Source of the DNA: Calditrichales bacterium
Lineage (GTDB): Bacteria > Calditrichota > Calditrichia > Calditrichales > J004
Length of the DNA stretch: 64,000 nucleotides
Direction of reading: 5' to 3'
Assembly: GCA_965267575.1 (NCBI GenBank)
Contig: OZ254086.1
Span: 4,288,001-4,352,000 of the forward strand
Numbering within the stretch: the first letter of the stretch is position 1; every line of letters begins with the position of its first letter. A program made the position numbers and the translations under genes. This document shows, in pieces, positions 59,480 to 64,000 of this stretch. The notes below the pieces were generated by a model. It did not search any database. It worked only from the letters and a program-made list of their open reading frames with translations, and had not been told where the DNA came from.

Positions 59480-60628
59480 ATGCAAAATATGCTTACAGAG
59501 CACACTTTATGGCTCAGGGACGAAGGCTGGAAAATAGTAGCGAAATCCGCCGGTTTCAGCTCGCCACATATCGTTTTTTATTTTGGGGAGATTGTTTCCA
59601 CGCCCGCTGAGGAGATATACGCCCTTTTAAGGGAGCGCTATCCCGATGCCCATATCGTGGGTTGTAACAGTGCTACCCACATCTCCAACGACGAGTTGTA
59701 CGAAGAAGGGCTGGTAGCCCTGGCTGTTCGCTTCGAAAGAACTGATATCAGCGTTGTTTCAACGGAACTTTCCGGCATGGAAGATTCCCATGACGCGGGT
59801 CAGCGAATCGGCCGGCAGCTCAGCCGCGAAGATCTCAGGGGCATTTTTGTTATATCAGATGGTGTGCTGCTGAACGGCAGTGAATTTTCCCGCGGCATCA
59901 ATGCAATCATAGACAGAAAAGTACCCGTTTTTGGCGGCATGGCGGCAGACGGCGGCCGCTTCCAGTCAACACCTGTGGCCTGTGACGGGCCGGCCCGCGA
60001 ACACGTTGTGGCGGCAGTGGGCTTTTACGGCAACAAAATAAAGATTGGCTGCGGTTCACAGGGTGGCTGGGTCACCTTCGGGCCGCGCCGCAAGATCACA
60101 AAATCCAAAGGCAATATACTATACGAACTGGACGGCCGTCCGGCGTTGGAACTGTACAAGAAATATCTCGGAGAGGAAGTGGAAAACCTGCCCACCAGCG
60201 CCCTTTCGTTTCCTCTGATGATCAGCAATGAAGACAGTAAAAGCCAGGGCATCGTGCGCTCGGTGATTGGCGTGGATGAAGAGAAGAATACCCTGACTTT
60301 TGCCGGCGACGTAACCGAAGGCCAGATGGCCCAGCTGATGCGCACCAGCCACGAAGGCCTTATAAACGGCGCCGGAAGCTCGGCCCGCAACGCCATGGAA
60401 AACCGCGATACAGGCGAGCTGGCCATATTGGTAAGCTGTATCGGGCGCAAACAGATACTTAAGCAACGCACCGAAGATGAAATTGAAGTAGTACATGATA
60501 TTCTCGGCCAGAACATGCCAAAGGTTGGCTTTTACTCCCACGGCGAATTTTCCCCACATGAAAACAGCGGCTTTTGCGAACTGCACAACCAAACCATGAC
60601 GATAACGATTCTTTCCGAAGATGCATAA
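59480..60628 (+). CDS. FIST N/C-domain sensory protein
   Basis: GGMAAD, GGWVTFGP, ELDGRPAL.LY..YLG, FPL, SCIGR, GFYSHGE, LHNQTMT. Confidence 0.93.
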   Translation: MQNMLTEHTLWLRDEGWKIVAKSAGFSSPHIVFYFGEIVSTPAEEIYALLRERYPDAHIVGCNSATHISNDELYEEGLVALAVRFERTDISVVSTELSGMEDSHDAGQRIGRQLSREDLRGIFVISDGVLLNGSEFSRGINAIIDRKVPVFGGMAADGGRFQSTPVACDGPAREHVVAAVGFYGNKIKIGCGSQGGWVTFGPRRKITKSKGNILYELDGRPALELYKKYLGEEVENLPTSALSFPLMISNEDSKSQGIVRSVIGVDEEKNTLTFAGDVTEGQMAQLMRTSHEGLINGAGSSARNAMENRDTGELAILVSCIGRKQILKQRTEDEIEVVHDILGQNMPKVGFYSHGEFSPHENSGFCELHNQTMTITILSEDA

Positions 60629-63128
60629 ATTATTGCAGCGGCAGCTTAAAAAAGCTTCCCGCAAATCGGAAGACGGTTCTGTCAATTATGACCATTTGCT
60701 GGAACTGGTCAGCCGCCATTACGAGGAAACAGAGAAGGAATTCCGGCTGACCCATCGTTCAATCGAGCTGATGTCCGACGAATTGATGGAGTTGAACCGC
60801 CAGACACTCGAGCAAAGCGAAGTCAAAATCCAGTCGATCGTTGACAACGTCATAGACGGAATCATCACCTTCAACGAGGATTTGATCGTTGAAACTTTCA
60901 ACCCGGCGGCCGAGTCCATTTTTGGCTTTAAAAGGGCGGACATTTCGGGACAAAGCCTGCACCATATTTTTTGCGAGGATGAAAACAATTCGCTCACTTC
61001 GATAAAAACATACGTTCAGCAGCACAGCCACCGCAAAGTGTCGCGCGAGATGACCGGCAGACGCAGGAACGGCCGTATTTTTCCCATGGAGATTGCGCTT
61101 AAGGATATGCAAATCGGCGAGCGGCGCCTTTTTGTCTGCATTGTGCGGGATATTTCCGAGCGTAAGAAGGCGGAGACCCGGCTTAATGAACTCAACAACT
61201 GCTTTATTAATTTTGTAAGCGCGCCGGAAGAGAACATCAAAAAGCTCATTGCTACCTGCGGAAAACTGCTGCAGGCGGATTGCGCTGTTTACCTGCAGAA
61301 AGAACGCGACAAGGTTTTCCCAAAGGAGTCATGGAATGCTTCTGACAATACGCGTTTTTCACCTCTCTTCGAAACACTTTTTCGCACATACAGCCGCGGC
61401 AACGAGACCAAGCCGCTGGTTATACATCTTCCGAATACCCCCGGACAGGAAGAGGGTGGAAAATCACGATCGTTTACAACCTGCGTCGGCATCGCCATAA
61501 AAACACATCAGCAGACACTTGGCACACTTACGCTGCTTTTTGATGACTTCCAGCATCCGTCGGAAGATGACCTTAAGCTGATCAGCATAATTGCTTCGTC
61601 CATTGCGGTGGAAGAAGAGCGGCGCAGCACACTTATCGAGCTTGAGCGCAGTAAGGAAAAGGCGGAAAGTGCCAGCCGCGCCAAGGGCGAATTTTTGGCC
61701 ACCATCAGTCATGAGTTGCGCACGCCGATGAACGCAATCCTTGGCTTTACCGAACTGTTGCGCAACAAAGCAGGCCGGCGCTTGAAAAAAGAGTATGTTG
61801 ATGCCATTGAATCCAGCGGCAAAAACCTCCTGTTAATGATCAATGACATTCTTGATCTGTCAAAAATCGAATCGGGTAATGTTGAACTGAAACAGCAGCC
61901 AGTGAACTTGCCGGAGATCCTTTGGGAAGTTGAAAGCATTTTTCGCTATAAGGCGGAAGAAAAGGGATTGCATTTACGGCTTGAAGTGCAGAAAGAGCTG
62001 CCACAGATGATTCTGCTGGACGAAGCACGGTTAAGACAGGTCCTGGTCAACCTGGTCGGTAACGCCATCAAATTTACAAATGAAGGCGATATTTGCATCC
62101 GGGCCGGACTTGACAAACCGGGCCGTGCTGATCTGTGGCTTGAAGTAGAAGACAGCGGCATGGGTATCGCGGCGGAAGAGCATGATCATATTTTTGAAGC
62201 TTTTGTGCAACAATCCGGGCAGGACAACCGGCAGTATGGCGGCACCGGCCTGGGGCTTTCCATAACCAAGCGGCTTGTTGAAATGATGAATGGACGGATT
62301 TCCGTTAAGAGTACGCCGGGGCTGGGCTCCATCTTTCGCGTTCAGCTCAAAAACGTGCAGATACTGGACAAGGCCGCCGAGGGCCACGAGGACAACAGGC
62401 CCGCCGTAAACGCCCGTTTAGAAGGACGCATTCTGCTCATTCACAAAAACATCTCTTACCGGGAACGTTTCGAAAAAATACTTCGTCCCTACACGACCGA
62501 TCTGCATTTTGCTTCTTCCGGACAGGAAGGCTTAAGGTCCGCCCATGAGATTTTGCCGGAGCTCATTATAATGGATATTGAGCAACAGCCCGGAAATGCT
62601 ATCAAAACGGCCCGCAAGTTGCGCGCCGCGGAAAAATTTGACCGGACCGCGATCGTAGCTGTTGGCCATAATGAAAGAGTTGTTGCCGAAAACGACGGCT
62701 TGTTCGATCGTGTTATTTCCGACCCCGATGACACACGCACAATGATGCAGTCGATTACTTCGCTGCTGGTGACAAAGCACCCTGAAGACACTAAACAGTC
62801 GGACAAAAAAAGGCTTGTCAGTGACCTGACTAAGATGCCCGGGGAACAATATGAGAAGTTTGCCTCGTCTTTTCGCTCACTTGAAGAGCACCTGCTGGAA
62901 AGCTGGCAGGATATCCATCAATTTATGATTATAGACGAAATTCTCGATTTTTCTAAAATGGTTTATCGACTTGGTCACACTTATGATATATATCTTTTAC
63001 AAAATTGGGCATCAACGACAGAACAACAGACCGATGCGCTAAATATAGAAGAGATGCGTGCTCAACTTCAGCGCTTTCCGGAAATTGTTCAGCTTATAAA
63101 AGATAATCTCAAACAGCAAGCGACCTAA
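60621..63128 (+). CDS. PAS/GAF hybrid sensor histidine kinase with degenerate receiver
   Basis: MHKLLQRQL N-terminus typical of FIST partners; PAS (FNPAAE); FLATISHELRTPMNAILG; NLVGNAIKFT; GGTGLGL; REC-like C-terminus. Confidence 0.92.
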   Translation: MHKLLQRQLKKASRKSEDGSVNYDHLLELVSRHYEETEKEFRLTHRSIELMSDELMELNRQTLEQSEVKIQSIVDNVIDGIITFNEDLIVETFNPAAESIFGFKRADISGQSLHHIFCEDENNSLTSIKTYVQQHSHRKVSREMTGRRRNGRIFPMEIALKDMQIGERRLFVCIVRDISERKKAETRLNELNNCFINFVSAPEENIKKLIATCGKLLQADCAVYLQKERDKVFPKESWNASDNTRFSPLFETLFRTYSRGNETKPLVIHLPNTPGQEEGGKSRSFTTCVGIAIKTHQQTLGTLTLLFDDFQHPSEDDLKLISIIASSIAVEEERRSTLIELERSKEKAESASRAKGEFLATISHELRTPMNAILGFTELLRNKAGRRLKKEYVDAIESSGKNLLLMINDILDLSKIESGNVELKQQPVNLPEILWEVESIFRYKAEEKGLHLRLEVQKELPQMILLDEARLRQVLVNLVGNAIKFTNEGDICIRAGLDKPGRADLWLEVEDSGMGIAAEEHDHIFEAFVQQSGQDNRQYGGTGLGLSITKRLVEMMNGRISVKSTPGLGSIFRVQLKNVQILDKAAEGHEDNRPAVNARLEGRILLIHKNISYRERFEKILRPYTTDLHFASSGQEGLRSAHEILPELIIMDIEQQPGNAIKTARKLRAAEKFDRTAIVAVGHNERVVAENDGLFDRVISDPDDTRTMMQSITSLLVTKHPEDTKQSDKKRLVSDLTKMPGEQYEKFASSFRSLEEHLLESWQDIHQFMIIDEILDFSKMVYRLGHTYDIYLLQNWASTTEQQTDALNIEEMRAQLQRFPEIVQLIKDNLKQQAT

Positions 63129-63139
63129 TCCGAATACAG

Positions 63140-64000
63140 ATGACCAAATCAGAACTTGATGTCGGTATTAAGGAGATTTCCAATACATTAATTCTTATTG
63201 TTGATGACAATCGCAATAATATCCAGGTACTCGGCACCATTTTAAAGAAACAGGGCTTTAAGCTCGGTTTATGCAGCAGCGGCGCCGAAGCACTGGATTT
63301 CCTGGAACGTAAAAAAGCCGACCTTGTACTTCTTGATGTTATGATGCCGGACATGGACGGTTATGCCACCTGCCGGGCCATCAAGGAAGACCAGAGTCTA
63401 AAAGACATCCCGGTTATTTTTCTCTCCGCCAAAAGCCAGACCGAAGATAAGATCAATGGATTTGACGCCGGAGCGGTTGATTATATCACAAAGCCTTTCC
63501 ACACGGACGAGGTGCTGGCCCGCGTACAGACCCACCTGAAGCTAAAGAAGGCCAATGATGTTTTACAGCATTACCGGCAGCACCTGGAGCACCTGGTAGA
63601 CAAACAGGCCGAAGAGCTGATCCGCATGGAGCGAAAAGCCGCTTTTAATCTCGTTAGCCAAGGTGTTGTTCATAATATGAATAATCCTTTGGCCACGATC
63701 TGTGCCAGCGCGGAACTGATGATGACCTACCTGGAAAGCCTGGAGAAAGAACTTTCCAAAAATAATACACACCACAGCAAATTAAAATCGACGGTTGATC
63801 TGAACCGGGCGATCATGAAAGGGAGTACACGGCTGGCCGATATGGTGGAAAACCTGATGATACGCGGGCGCAACGGTCATACTTTGCAAAATTTTTCTGC
63901 CTGTGATCTGGGTGATGTTATTGAGAAGGAGTGTGCCCATTTCAGAAAATATCATCTTAGAAAGGGCCATAAACTGGAATTTGAAAAAACTGCTCTTCCT
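63140..64000 (+). CDS. Response regulator receiver + histidine kinase hybrid (truncated by window end)
   Basis: Not in the ORF track. Manual translation MTKSELDVG...ILIVDDNRNN...LLDVMMPDMDG...IFLSA...DYITKPF...VVHNMNNPL; no stop seen before 64000. Confidence 0.88.
   Translation, partial: MTKSELDVGIKEISNTLILIVDDNRNNIQVLGTILKKQGFKLGLCSSGAEALDFLERKKADLVLLDVMMPDMDGYATCRAIKEDQSLKDIPVIFLSAKSQTEDKINGFDAGAVDYITKPFHTDEVLARVQTHLKLKKANDVLQHYRQHLEHLVDKQAEELIRMERKAAFNLVSQGVVHNMNNPLATICASAELMMTYLESLEKELSKNNTHHSKLKSTVDLNRAIMKGSTRLADMVENLMIRGRNGHTLQNFSACDLGDVIEKECAHFRKYHLRKGHKLEFEKTALP

Noticed and set aside
1..64000. tRNA, rRNA, transposase, integrase, reverse transcriptase or prophage genes
   Set aside because: None recognised by eye; small structured RNAs cannot be excluded without Infernal/tRNAscan.

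Overview
Bacterial chromosomal window of moderate GC with an AT-rich left end. The QNYPNPFNP-type C-terminal sorting tail, TonB receptor and gene repertoire suggest a Calditrichota/Ignavibacteria/FCB-related diderm (inference). It holds about 47 CDS, mostly housekeeping or envelope genes: dnaK, a degP-like protease, rpoN-hslV-hslU-argF, hisC, hisN, ackA, cobB, a cnoX-like thioredoxin, an Mla/Mce ABC system, a GH13 pullulanase, a GH1, two-component systems and a polysaccharide mini-cluster. No rRNA, tRNA, CRISPR, integrase or transposase was recognised. Four things stand out. (1) Four co-oriented mosaic repeat arrays at 2.2-8.9 kb are built from at least five palindromic or short-period module families; they separate single genes like cassettes and flank a DUF5674-like two-gene unit with ~450-bp direct repeats. 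(2) A choline/carnitine acyltransferase-family protein apparently lacks the catalytic His. (3) Sigma54-type promoters with a shared upstream motif precede dnaK and a peptidase-degP operon, and rpoN sits directly upstream of hslVU. (4) A five-fold, 11-bp-periodic Pho-box-like array drives a TonB receptor and a secreted beta-helix protein, next to a GT21 glycosyltransferase and an orphan PstS. All calls come from reading the sequence and motifs by eye; no database searches were run.
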